Positions 1 to 12,549 are shown, counted from the stretch's first letter. The stretch is DNA of 64,000 bases from Octopus vulgaris (GCA_951406725.2 OX597816.1:94116001-94180000); one strand, 5' to 3'. Made by a program: numbers and translations. Notes: generated by a model not told the origin, from the sequence alone.

Positions 1-53
1 CTGCTTGTTGTTCATACACCTGTCGTCATCTTTTGCTTTTCTGTAAATTTCAA

Positions 54-103
<50 letters not shown>

Positions 104-271
104 TCATCATCATCATCATCGTTTAACGTCCGCTTTCCATGCTAGCATGGGTTGGACGGTTCAACTGGGGTCTGGGAAGCCCGAAGGCTGCACCAGGCCA
201 GTCAGATGTGGCAGTGTTTCTACAGCTGGATGCCCTTCCTAACGCCAACCACTCCGAGAGTGTAGTGGGTG

Positions 272-615
272 ATTTTATGTGCCACCGACACAGGTGCCAG
301 ACGAGGCTGGCAGACGGCCACGCTCGGATGGTGTTTTTTATGTGCCACCGACACAGGTGCCAGACGAGGCTGGCAGACGGCCACGCTCGGATGGTGTTTT
401 TTATGTGCCACCGACACAGGTGCCAGACGAGGCTGGCAGACGGCCACGCTCGGATGGTGTTTTCTTATGTGTCACCGACACAGGTGCCAGACGAGGCTGG
501 CGGACAGCCACGCTCGGATGGTGTTTGTTACGTGCCCTCAGCACGGAGGCCAGTCATTGCGGTACTGGCTACGGTCACGTTCGGATGGTTTTCTTATGTG
601 CCACCGGCACTGGTA
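272..615. repeat. ~63-bp tandem repeat (about 5-6 units) in the RTE 3' UTR
   Basis: atgtgccaccgacacaggtgccagacgaggctggcag recurs at 277, 340, 403 and 467, with degenerate units near 530 and 596. Confidence 0.92.
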
Positions 616-786
616 CCACAAGGATACAAATTCCATTGATGTTCATCTATTTTGATTTGGTTCGATTTGATTTGATACGATTCGATTCTCACTTGCCTCA
701 ACAGGTCTTCACAAGTGTCACAAGAAGGAAGGTATGCACAGGTGGACTGACTACGTCCCAGGTAGGGGCCACGGATTATGGCTTCA

Positions 787-3583
787 CTAGTCTTGCCTGG
801 TCTTCTCACGCACAGCATACTTCCATAGGTCTCGGTCTCTAGTCATTTCCATGGTGAGACCTAACGTCCGAAGGTCGTGCTTCACCACCTCGTCCCAGGT
901 TTTCCTGGGTCTACCTCTTCCACGGGTTCCCTCAACTGCTAGGGATTGGCACTTTCTCACACACCTATCTTCATCCATTCTCGCCACATGACCATACCAG
1001 CGCAATCGTCTCTCTTGCACACAACAACTGATGCTTCTTAGGTACAACATTTCTCTCAAGGTACTAACGCTCTGTCGAGTAAGTACACTGACATTACACA
1101 TCCATCGGAGCATACTGGCTTCGTTCCTCACGAGCTTACGCATGTCCTCAGCAGTCACGGCCCATGTTTCACTGCCATGTAGCATAGCTGTTCGTACACA
1201 TGCATCATACAGTCTGCCTTTTACTCTGAGCGAGAGGCCTTTAGTCACCAGCAGAGGTAAGAGCTCCCTAAACTTTGCCCAGGCTATTCTTATTCTAGCA
1301 GTTACACTTTCAGCGCACCCACCCCCACTACTGACTTGGTCACCTAGATAGCGGAAACTATCAACTACTTCTAGTTTTTCCCCCGGAAAGTGACAGAAGT
1401 TGTTTTCTGCAGATTTTCGGAGGTCAATGCTCCAGAGCACCTGCCACATACAAAAACTATCTTCCCAGTTAGCCTACCTTTGACATTGCTGCACCTCTTA
1501 TGTGTCCATAGCTTACACTGGGTACATCTTATAGAGTTTCTACCTACACCTTTTCTACAGATCGAGCAGGGCCATCTTCCTGATGATATTTGTGGGTTTT
1601 CTACCTTTCTACTTATTAGTACTTTGGTTTTAGCTAGGTTGACTCTAAGGCCCCTCGATTCTAAACCCTCCTTCCACACCTGGAACTTCTCCTCCAGTTC
1701 TGATAGTGACTCAGCGATTAGAGCGAGGTCGTCAGCATAGAGGAGCTCCCAGGGGCAACCTGTCTTGAATTCCTCCGTTATTGCCTGGAGGACTATGATA
1801 AATAGGAGGGGGCTGAGTACTGAACCCTGGTGGACCCCAACCTCTACTTTGAATTCTTCTGTGTACATGTTGCCAACTCTAACCTTACTTACGGCATCTC
1901 TGTACATGGCTTGCACAGCCCTCACCAGCCATTCATCTATCCCTAGTTTCCTCATTGACCACCAGATGAGGGATCGGGGGACCCTATCAAAGGCTTTCTC
2001 CATGTCAACGAAAGCCAGGTACAGGGGCTTATCCTTGGCTAGGTATTTCTCCTGCAGCTGCCTTACCAGGAATATAGCATCAGTGGTGCTTTTCCCTGGG
2101 ACAAACCCAAACTGCATCTCATCTAAACTAACTCTCTCTCTAATTAGTTGGGCTATGACCCTCTCCGTAACCTTCATTACCTGATCCAACAGCTTGATAC
2201 CTCTGTAATTATTTGTATCCAGGGAATCACCTTTACCTTTGTAGCAGTTGACTAGTATGCTGCTACACCAGTCATTGGGTATGACTCCTTCGTGTATCAC
2301 CTGGTTGACTATACGGGTGACTAGGTTATAGCCGACACTGCCAGATATTTTGAGCATCTCTGCAGTAATTCCTGATGGGCCTGGGGCTTTCCCTGTCTTC
2401 ATGCTTCTAATTGCCTTAGCTACCACGGAACTATCAACTCGGATAGCTGGTCCCTCTGTTGGGTCAACATTTGGCAGACTCTCTTTATCCCATTCATTTT
2501 CTTTATTCAGCAAACTTTCATAGTGGCATCTCCAAACCTCTCTCTTTGCATCCTCATTTAGCGCAAGTGAACCATCATCCATGCGAACACACTTCTCTCC
2601 TACCACATCACGATTCTCTCTCACACACTGTCTTGCAACACGAAATACCTCAAGTCTTTCATCCTCACGGCTCAGAACATTGGCAAATTTTTTCTTATCC
2701 GCTTCCCCTCTGGCTATATAAACCTGTCTCCTAGCTTCCCTTTTGGCTGTCTGATACAATTCCCTGCTACCACCGTTCTTCCAGTCCTTCCAAGCCTGTC
2801 TCTTTTGTCTAATAGCCCCATCAACCACCGTGTTCCACCACCATGTTACTCTGGGTCGAGATGGTACTTTGCTCCATCCACAGATCTGGTCAGTGGCTGT
2901 CAGCAGATTGTCCCGTAGGAATCTCCAGTTGTCTTCCACATTAAGTGAAGCTATATCCCCTTCTATTTCGTCAGAGGCTTCGAGTAGTATGTCTCTAAAT
3001 CTCTGTGCATTTGCAGGATCTTTAAGCTTCCAGACCCTTCTCCTCCAAGCTGGTCTTCTTCTGGGCAACCATTTAGCTCTGATCCTGAAGTCGCTAACTA
3101 CTAATCTATGTTGGGGAGTACATTCTTCGCCTGGGAAGGTTTTGGCATTTATAATCAGCCCTCTTTCCCTTTTTCTGGCAAGGATGTAGTCAATCTGGCT
3201 GGTGTGTCTGCCAGAACGGTAGGTGACTAGGTGAGAGGTGGGTTTCCTGAAGTGGGTATTGCAGACCATAAGGTCATTTGCATCGCAGAACTCCAGCAGC
3301 CTGGTTCCCTCCTCATTTCGAGAGCCAAAACCGTGGCCTCCATGGATGCCATGGAAGCCCCTGACATGTCGTCCAACATGTCCATTGAAATCACCTGCCA
3401 CGAAGAGAAGGTCACTGTCATTTGTCAATGAGGTAGTCCGCAATAGGGTGTCATAGAATTGGTCTTTTTGTCCTTCCGGTAGCCCTGGTTGAGGGGCATA
3501 TGCCGAGATGATGGTAGCTGTCCTATGGTGAAGAACTAATCTAATTTTAATTACTCTGTCACTTACTCTGACTACCTCACACA
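787..3583 (-). pseudogene. RTE ORF (APE-RT-PHD-like finger-C-terminal domain), split into ORFs 1371-3692 and 787-1449
   Basis: Two overlapping ORFs in different frames join near TTSVTF/GEKLEVVDSFRYLG; residues encoded above 3583 come from flanking sequence. Confidence 0.9.
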
Positions 3584-3610
3584 GATATATATATATATAT
3601 ATATATATAT

Positions 3611-4273
3611 GAACTTTAGGTCTCACTGAGGAAATGACTAGAGACCGAGACCTCTGGAAGTATGCTGTGCGCGAGAAGACCCGGCAGGACAAGTGAGACC
3701 ATAACCCGTGGCCTTCTACTGGGATGGAGCCAGCCTACGTATGCATACCGTCCCTTCTTGGGACACAAAACACTACTTGTGAAGACCTGTTGAGGCAAGT
3801 GAGGATCAGAATCGAAATCGATCAATGGAAATTGCAGCTGAGTTACCAGTGCCGGTGGCACGTAAGTGAACCATCCGTTCGTGACCGTTGCCAGCGCCGC
3901 CCCGACTGGCCTCGTGCTGGTGGCACGTAAAAAGCACCATCCGTTCGTGTCCGATGCCAGCCTCGCCTGGCCCTGTGCCAGTGGCATGTAAAAGCACCCA
4001 GATTCGCCTGGCCCCCATGCCGGTGGCACGTAAAAGCACCACCGTTCGTGGCCGTTTGCCAGCTCCATCTGGCACCTGTGCGGGTGGCACGTAAAAAGCA
4101 CCCACTACACTCACGGAGTGGTTGGCGTTAGGAAGGGCATCCAGCCGTAGAAACACTGCCAGATCAGACTGGGCCTGATGCAGCCTTCTGGCTTCACAGA
4201 CCCCAGTTGAACCGTCCAACCCATGCTAGCATGGAAAGCGGACGCTAAATGATGATGATGATGATGATGATGA

Positions 4274-4276
<3 letters not shown>
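3611..4276 (+). mobile_element. RTE 3' fragment (ORF end ...YAVREKTRQDK*, 3' UTR, (GAT)n tail), inverted relative to the 101-3583 copy
   Basis: Reverse complement of ~101-870; same terminal catggaaagcggacg plus (GAT)n. Confidence 0.92.
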
Positions 4277-4315
<39 letters not shown>

Positions 4316-5121
4316 GTGGGGAGACTTCTTTCAGCTTTGGTTTACCAAATCCACTCACAAGACTTTGGTTGACCAAGGACTATAGTAGAAGACATTTGCC
4401 CAAGGTGCCACAAAGAGGAGCTAAACCCAAAGCCACATGGCTAGCTGGGAAACAAGCATCTTAACCACATAGTCATGCCTGCACCTATCATAAAAATAAA
4501 ATGCTTCAGAAAAAAATTACAATTTCAAAAGAAATTATTTATTTTCTGGCTCTTTAATAACTTCCAACAACTTTACAGTTTTCAAAATAATCAAGGAATT
4601 TCTATGAGCAATGCTAGTCTAGAAATAATATATAAATGATTATAACACCAAATTAAATCATCATGCTCAAACAAGAGCCTTAAACAAGAATCTATACCAA
4701 TAACTGTTTCAAAACTTAAGAAAAATCTTTTTAATATTTAAGTGCTATCCTCCTAATTTAATATATACAGACATGTTCAGACTAGTTAGAAAAGATGTCA
4801 AAACTAGATTATTTAGTTGAGGAAAATATTTTAATATTTTTGAAACAATTAGCAAATTTTTCTTACGGGATTTACAGAACATATAAAATAAAATTTGATG
4901 ACACAAATGGACATGACTTAGATGTAATAAGGAATGAGCTAGTAAGTACTTTTTATGAATTTGGACTTACTATCATTATAATTACTAATATTATAATACT
5001 TGATTTCCAAACCAAAATATTAGTACTAGGTGAGTCACAAAATGTTATAATCATTTAAAGATCAATTTTCACAATTGTTAGTAAAAGTATAAAAGTAAAA
5101 GTTTACATAAAGAAAATTTAC

Positions 5122-5211
5122 CTTTCGTTTGACAATACCTTCTTTAGCAACATTTAAACTTTTTATACAAGACTGTAGAGCTTCCTGTGAAAGTCCTTGG
5201 AATGTTGTTCG
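5122..5211 (-). CDS. COG3: COG3 exon 16 (RTTFQGLSQEALQSCIKSL...KRK); gene continues beyond position 1
   Basis: FQGLSQEAL..CI.SL motif; 90 nt; cag/GTAAA. Confidence 0.94.
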
Positions 5212-6147
5212 CTGAAAGAATTGAAACATAAAATTATGCACTACTAATACAGAAAACATCAAAATAGCATAGAAAATAACAGTAGTTATTAATGAAAATA
5301 AGAAAATAAGATACATATGCTAAATTGTTAAAATAATCCCATTCCGAATTAGTTAACGAAACAGAAGTTTACTTCTTTCAATTTATCACAGGATCTTTCA
5401 TCATTGTATATTTAGTATACCTAGTATCTTTTCATTCACAATCTGAAAAAAATATTCTTTTCACATTAGCTCAAGTTCTTAGATATGAATTCAAAATTTA
5501 AGCATTTTAACCTAAATACTGTAAGATATTACTTTAACCTACTACATCAGCACTTCTACCATTCTATTGTTCTGGGGGAATGTAAATCAAGATTTCTGTC
5601 TCAAAAGGGAGTGTACAATCAATTAAGTTGATTCAGTATATCACTGGCACATATTTAACTGATAATGAAAGGATGAAAGGTAAAGTTGTCCTAGGCAAGA
5701 TTTGAACTCAGAACATAAAGGGATGTTACTATATAACACAAATCAATTTGTGTCAGGCATTTAAAAGTTTGTGCTACTTACTACCTAAGTGAACAATAAA
5801 GAACTCTCATCTCATCTTCTATTATAGCCATTTAATCTATAAACTCTTCCTTTCAAGTTGATAATATGAAACAAGAAATACAGTACAAGATGACTTTCCT
5901 CATTCCTACTAATCTGCACTATGACTAATGTAAATTCAACAAATTTGACACAAAATACAAACTCATATGGAGAGTAAAATACTTGATAAAATTTGCCATT
6001 TATGTATAATAAACACAATGTGAATAATATTCACAGGATTTACACCTGTAGATACACAAATGTACACATACACATGAGACCCAATGACACACAACCACAC
6101 AGATATACACAGAGTCAAACTTGCTTCAACTAAAAAATTCAACTTAC

Positions 6148-6257
6148 TGCAATACACCGATAGAGTTTAGACAAGGTGACCAAAGTTCTTCTTACTGTTG
6201 GATACCACATACCATGGAGATCAGCAGGTGACATGGGCATTGAAGATGAGTGAGTTT
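6148..6257 (-). CDS. COG3: COG3 exon 15 (...[28 protein letters not shown])
   Basis: Hallmark [17 protein letters not shown] motif; 110 nt. Confidence 0.96.
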
Positions 6258-6959
6258 CTGAGAATAGAAAAATAATGTTTTCAAAATTCATAAACCACTG
6301 AACATTTCACTGATTTCAGTATAACAGAGTGTTTGAATATTTGCAACTCTAATAACTATCTGCCAGAATTCCTTAGCATATCAGTTACATAACAAAATAT
6401 ATTAGTCTACTATTTTAAAAAACATCATCATCAATTTGACATTCACTTTTTCCATGCTTGCATGGGTTAGAAACAATTTGTTGAGGCAGATTTCCTGCGA
6501 CCAGATGCCCTGCATGTTGCCAACTCTTACCTGTTTCCAAGCAAAGCAAACAACACTCATTTACAGCTATCACACAATGTCAAGACATGGAACATAAACA
6601 CACACATGCACAATGGTCTTCTTTCATTTTCAGACTACCAAATCCACTCACAAGATTTTGTTCAGTCTGAGGCTATAGGAGAAAGCACTTGCTCAAGGTA
6701 CCATGTAGTGGGACTGAACCAGAAACCACAAGCTGGGAAGCAAGCTTAAATAGACACAACCTTAACAGAATAAGAAAAGCCCTAGTTTTTTAAAAAATCT
6801 GAACTTACTATCAGTGCAAGTACTAATATTACAATAGCTGATTTCCTCAATATAACTTAAATGCAGGTTAATATAAACCATAAAGAAAGCAGAATGGAAA
6901 ATTCCACATGGTGTTCAACCTTGTCATGGCAAGAGACTAGGCTGAGTCTTATTGTTATC

Positions 6960-7560
6960 TCGTTTTGAGATCTGCTGTCCTTGGTCAAAACAAAAACAGA
7001 GTACTACAGAGAAAATATTTAATATTAGACGTTACACTGAGAAACACCTGCAGCACCAATCTGACCTCCATTACAACTTCAACTTCAAAAAAAGCCTTTG
7101 ACCATGTTTGGTGCAATGGGCTGTAGCAGATGATGAAGAATTGCAACTTTGACAACAACCTCATTAAAGTAACCAACACCACAAGGCATCCTGTATGAAA
7201 ATTCAAGCAGTGCAGTTCTCCTGAACAACACCAGAGAATTCTTCAGGACAACAGTAAGTGTTCAGCAAGGATGTCTCCTCTCTCACATGCATTTCAACAT
7301 CTTCCTAGAAAGCATCATGCAGGAGATACTTCAAGGCCTTCATCCATCTGTCTCTACTGGAAGACAGCTCGTTTTCCAGCCTGCACTTTGCTGACGACAT
7401 TAACCTGTTACAAAGCAGTGAAAGGGAACAACAGGAGATTACCATCAGACTGAGAAAAGTATTAGGAGCTTACAGGATGGAAATAAGGCCAGAAAAGAGC
7501 AAGATCTTGGTTAATAGTAACAACCAAAACATAGCAACCAACACCACAAGGTATCCTGTT
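6960..7560 (+). mobile_element. Degenerate LINE reverse transcriptase fragment (RTE/CR1-like)
   Basis: Frameshifted remnants FKKAFDHVW, VQQGCLLS, FNIFLE, FADDI, MEIRPEKSKILVN. Confidence 0.65.
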
Positions 7561-7720
7561 TAATGCTCTAATGATTCAGTCACTTCACCGTCTATAAATA
7601 CAGATTGACAAATTAAGTACCAGACTGAAATATTGACTGGGTTTAATATAATTGCTGTGAAAGCAATGCTTCGAAAAGACAGAAGTCCAATAGCTGAAAC
7701 CAGTAAAAATAAATGAATAC

Positions 7721-7886
7721 CTGTAGATGGACCTATAACTTCAGTGAAGCCATCACTGTCAGTTTTCTTATTCTCTTCTGTTGATTCTTGACCAGCAGTT
7801 ATCTGAGCAACTTCCATACTTGTGCTTGAAGCATTCGATGCACTTCTAGAGTGTTGTTGAGTTTTCCTAATGTTTTCTGATATACT
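7721..7886 (-). CDS. COG3: COG3 exon 14 (SISENIRK...GFTEVIGPST-E), low-complexity loop
   Basis: Open 166-nt exon with cag/GTATT boundaries; phase 0/1 links exons 13 and 15; corresponds to the variable loop of COG3. Confidence 0.8.
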
Positions 7887-10045
7887 CTGCAAAATAGAAT
7901 AAGAAAATGGGAGTAGGAGGTTTTAAAATTCTTTATAAATATAAATAACTTATAAAACGACAAATGAATAATCAACAACATTTAGAGTCTCTCTTCCATG
8001 CTGGCATGGGTTGGACAATTTGAAAGGATCCAATGAGTCAGAGAACTGCACTGAGCTCAATATAGTCTGTTTCTATGGTTGGATGCCAACCCCTTTATGA
8101 GAAAGCACTGCAAGCCTTTTTTTTTTTTTCATGACACCAAGCACTAGAGAGGTTGCCATGTAACTCACAAAACAAAGAAAAGACTCTTGACTGAGTGGGA
8201 GGTGGCTTTCTTTTTCTTTATTCACCTCAATGACTATCTCATTCAGTTTTTCCCAACATATAGACATCAAAATATGGATCCAGAAACTCATTATAAATAT
8301 GGTGTGATGTTTTGTAAATCCTATTTTTATGACATGATATTTAATAACACTACAATAAGCTTTCTTATTTACAGAGAAAATATTGTAGCTGCACAAAGCA
8401 GGAATGTCGGACAACCAGTGAGTATTATTTTGCAGTGAGCAGTGAGGAGTTCAAGTTTACCTATAACCTAAAAGGAAACAACAGTGAACTATTCTCAAAC
8501 TCATTCCCAAACCACAATCTTCTACCAGCTTATCTAGGTAGCAGTTGATATAGAATATGAATCACAGTTGTGTCCTATATTTAACTTATTTCATACAGGC
8601 ACCCCTATCAAAGTCAATAGCTTTACTCATCATTATACTATTTACATCCAGTTTTCTAAGCTTGCACAGGTCAAATGGAAATTACTAAGGCAAATTTTCT
8701 GTGGTGGAATGCCCTTCCTGTTGCAAACCCTTCCATATTTCAAAGCAAGATAAGTAGCACCCCATGAATGGATATGTTTACACAGCAGATTGGAAGGACT
8801 CTGCTTGTCTGACTGAAACATTTCTTACAACTATCACACTATTTCAAGAAAAGGACATGGGCACAGACACACACACACACACTAACTTGCACACTGCCTC
8901 TTTCGTTATCCATCAACAAAATCCACTCACAAGGCTTTATTTGGCCCAGGGCTCAGGGTGCTATGCAGTGGCACTGGGCCCAAAACCATTTGGTTAGGAA
9001 GGAAGCTTGAACCACACAGCCATGCCCTGCACCTACTCAATTACATACAACTCTTTGACCATAAGAGTTGCAATATCAAATAGATATTATAGCTACTGGT
9101 ATAGCTATAGGCAGAGACATGGCTGAGTGGTTAAACTTACATCACAACCATATGGGTTTGCATTCAGTCCTACTGTGTAACACCTTGGACAAGTGTCTCC
9201 TAAAGTCTCAAGTTGACCAATGCTTTGTGAATTTAATTTGGTAAATGGAAAGTGCCCATCATATATATAAATATAAATGTGTGTATGGGTGCATGTGTGT
9301 TTGTACATTTGTGAGTATATGTGTCTTTATCTGTGTTGGTGTGTAATGGCTTTGCAGCAACACCTCTTGAGTAGAAGTGACATTTATGTGTGCATTAACA
9401 GTAGTCCAGCAATTTTGACATGCAAAAAAACCAGTGGAATAGAGTACCTCACTTGAAAACAAACACAGCTTAGCATCAAGAAGGGCGTCCAACTGTAGAC
9501 AACTGTTTCAAAAAATCTCATTCGACTTTGATGACAATACTTAATTGAGCTGTGAATGCAGAAGAAAATCTTATCCACACTTTAGTTTTTTATTTAAGCA
9601 TTCTTTCTACAACTGGGCACGTTAATACCCAAAACTGAATTAAGCCTAAACTGAGAAAATTAGAAGCATCCAATTCAAAAAAATTGTATCAGCTTGTAGT
9701 TTAACTCCAAGCTAGCCCTGATCTAGCATATCTACAATGGAAGCCATTCCAACCATAATTAACCCATCTCTTATTCAGACATAATGCATCTAGAACTACA
9801 TTAGTCAAATTGTTTTATCCATTTTTAAAATAATAGAGTGTCATCTGAGAGAGATTTGGCATCTATTACTAGCAAGATGAGTAATTATAAAGAGACTACT
9901 TTGTTAGTTCATATCATCTAGAAAATTGTATGAGAACTGTTCTCTTTTTAGAGAAGTGGTATAACAAACATGACAAATGGAAATGAATTAGTACACAATT
10001 GAAATAATTATGTAATATTTTACAGGGTAGCTTAATGTTCTTTAC

Positions 10046-10206
10046 CTCCATCATTTCTAGCTTCTCTGGATATGCTAAATCTCCTGATGCAGCATTATAC
10101 ATGAAAATATCATTCTTGATGTAGATATATGTTCTATAAACAAGTCGCTCTTGAACATCCATAAGCATTTGATTGCAAATATTCTCAAAGGCCTTCAGTT
10201 CTTGAG
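10046..10206 (-). CDS. COG3: COG3 exon 13 (QELKAF...[10 protein letters not shown]...[13 protein letters not shown])
   Basis: [10 protein letters not shown] and GDLAYP.KL motifs; 161 nt. Confidence 0.95.
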
Positions 10207-11866
10207 CTGCAACAAAAGATTTTCAGTAAATAAATATCTTCAAGATTTTAAAAACAATATTCTTTTTCAGATTCAAACAAAAAATCTTAAAGCACTAAAG
10301 AGGAGGAAGTTGATGTATTCAATTTTTCATTTGGCTTTTCTCCATTTTGTTAGCAGACAACATCAAAAATATATTATGAATAATATTAACAGAGTTACAA
10401 GGGTTTTCTTTGTGACCTCTGAAGAAAATGTAGAAGTAGCTAGGGCTACCATGTGATTTCCTATATCAGGTGGGAAAGGGAATATGGAACTATATGCATG
10501 GTTTTTAAAAGTGAGAAAGGGATGAAAAGACAGGCCAAGACAAGCACTGCACAAAGAAATACAAGGATCACCCAGAAAGACATTAGAGACAATATTGATC
10601 CTGATTTCATTATAATCTAAGTGGCACAATAGAGGCAGTGGTCAGTACTGATGTGATCTTTGATGATATGCAACTAGGTGGGGTCTGTAAAACAAAAAAA
10701 TCATGACACCTTCCCCCAAGTCCACAAAAGATTCTGGAGCTGTACTCTGAAGTGGAAGCAGAGACAAAGACACTGAGGTTGGTTATGCAGGACGTAAAAA
10801 CTACCAGTTTTACACCTGGTAAAAAAATTAATTTAAGAGCTTTCTGTTCAGAAAAGTTGGTGAAGACTGAAGGGAAAGAACAGAACACATAACAATAGCA
10901 ACAGCATGCCATTGTTGAGGTGGTGCTTTCATGGTACCACCAGTTGCAGCTATGGAAACAACTGAGATTGCTTAATCTTTGGTTCCAGAGTTGAGCAGAA
11001 AGCAAAGGGACTTTCTACTCCTGGTCATAACCAACAGTACCATGCAGCTCAACTGATGTGATTTTTAAGTAATATACAGTGATGTACTTACAATAACAGA
11101 TGATGACATACAAACCAACCCTTCAGCTGATTATAAATAATTTTATTATACAAATGCATAAATAATTTTATTACGCATTTTCATGATAAAGAGGAATTAG
11201 ACTGAACCTTTTAGTGACAGTATTTTCACTACCCATTGCACATATTCTAATGTTCAAATGATATTTGGTATATCAAATGGTTACTCCATAAAATTATGAT
11301 GGAAGTAACAATTTAAATATGAACACTTAACTGTTTAACATTTAAATCAGTGATATCTGGCCCAAATATTCCACCTGTCTTATATTCAAACTAAATATAT
11401 ACTGAACCTTGCACACCTACCCTGCAATGTCATTCAAATATTAAGAATCAAATCTTGAAGCTATGAGATAAGCCATGATTAATTTAGATCAATCATCATC
11501 ATTATCATCATTATTTAACATCTATTTTCCATGCTGGCATAGGCTGGAAAGTTTGACCAGAACTGGTAAATATCATGGGCTGCACCAGGTTCCATTGTTT
11601 GTTTTGGCATGGTTTTTATGGCAGGATGCCCTTCCTAATGCCAACCACTTTACAGAGTGTGTTGGGTGCTTTTAATGTAGCACTAGAATCAGTGCTTTTT
11701 ATGTGGCACCATCCATAGACATAACATTTCACAATAATCTGAATGCTAAAGGGTTAAAACAGATTATTTTGTATCAGTATCTTAGAATAAGAATGGACTT
11801 CACAAGAGTTGGCAGCAAAAGAGTAAAATGGTATATAACATAGATTGCAATGATGATGTAACTTAC

Positions 11867-11900
11867 GGTTATTTCGTACATGCTCTTCAATCATTTCAAT
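11867..11900 (-). CDS. COG3: COG3 exon 12, 34-nt micro-exon (IEMIEEHVRNN-P)
   Basis: tag/GTAAG boundaries; supplies the E..E.HV.NN segment; phase 0/1 fits both neighbours. Confidence 0.88.
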
Positions 11901-12549
11901 CTATAAATGAAACAAATATTAGATTGTATGTTGTTTGGAGAAATATGAAATAGGTTAAATAATATTGGTTTCTTGATAGAAAGAGAACTTTTACAAGGGA
12001 AGGTTTATAGTCAATCATACAGACTGCAATATATGCTACTAGCATTACTTATTTTATCAAAGTTGAAAGGATGAAAAGTAAGATCAACCTAAGTATGATC
12101 AGAATTTAAAACGAAGCGGCAAAAGAAATAAATATTGTCAACCCATTGTTCAACTCTTTGTGTGTATAAATGTGTATACATGTGCAAAATCAAAGTGTGT
12201 GTGTGTGTATGTATGGTAAAATAAGGATTCAGATAGAATAAGGTATTTGAAAAGATATACACCAGATAATTTGGATAAACTGGTGGTTCGGCCTATGGTT
12301 GATAAATATCAAATAGGATATTCTGGTTGTGTACACAGAAAAAAAACAACTCTATGACTATTTAGCGCCTAGGGGCTGGTCCAAAGCATGCATTCTGTTG
12401 AATTGTATGTTGTTGGTATACTCTAGGGTATCCAATAAGTCATAAATTGCCTTGGTGTATTATAATCAAATGAATAATAACAGACGATGGATAACTGTCA
12501 GCTCATTACAGCTGTTCCTGAAGTATTTTTTAACAGAAAAATGAGAACA

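Larger units (their letters stand above)
101..3583 (-). mobile_element. RTE-clade LINE, 5'-truncated inside the AP endonuclease; ORF with one frameshift (~1385), 3' UTR with VNTR and (ATG)n tail
   Basis: APE motifs GDFNGH, QIDYIL, QHRLV; RT motifs NYRGIKLL, QFGF, FVDMEKAFD, GVHQGSVLSP, YADD (1728-1739); RTE-type C-terminus RLRWYGHV..RGRGRPRKTW; stop at 787; (CAT)n at 101-120 on +. Confidence 0.95.

Noticed and set aside
139-842. Repetitive ORFs and CRISPR-like appearance of the 63-bp units
   Set aside because: Tandem units with no unique spacers and no cas genes; they lie in the 3' UTR of an RTE element in a eukaryotic intron.
1031-3456. Plus-strand ORFs overlapping the RTE
   Set aside because: Antisense shadows of the RT/APE coding sequence.
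3584-3692. N-terminal extension of the 773-aa RTE ORF (MSCRVF...IYIYIY)
   Set aside because: Read-through into the (TA)n tract and the antisense of the neighbouring RTE fragment; not the native start.
10363-11005. Minus-strand ORFs in COG3 intron 12 as extra exons
   Set aside because: The COG3 frame is complete without them, and they show no similarity or convincing splice sites.
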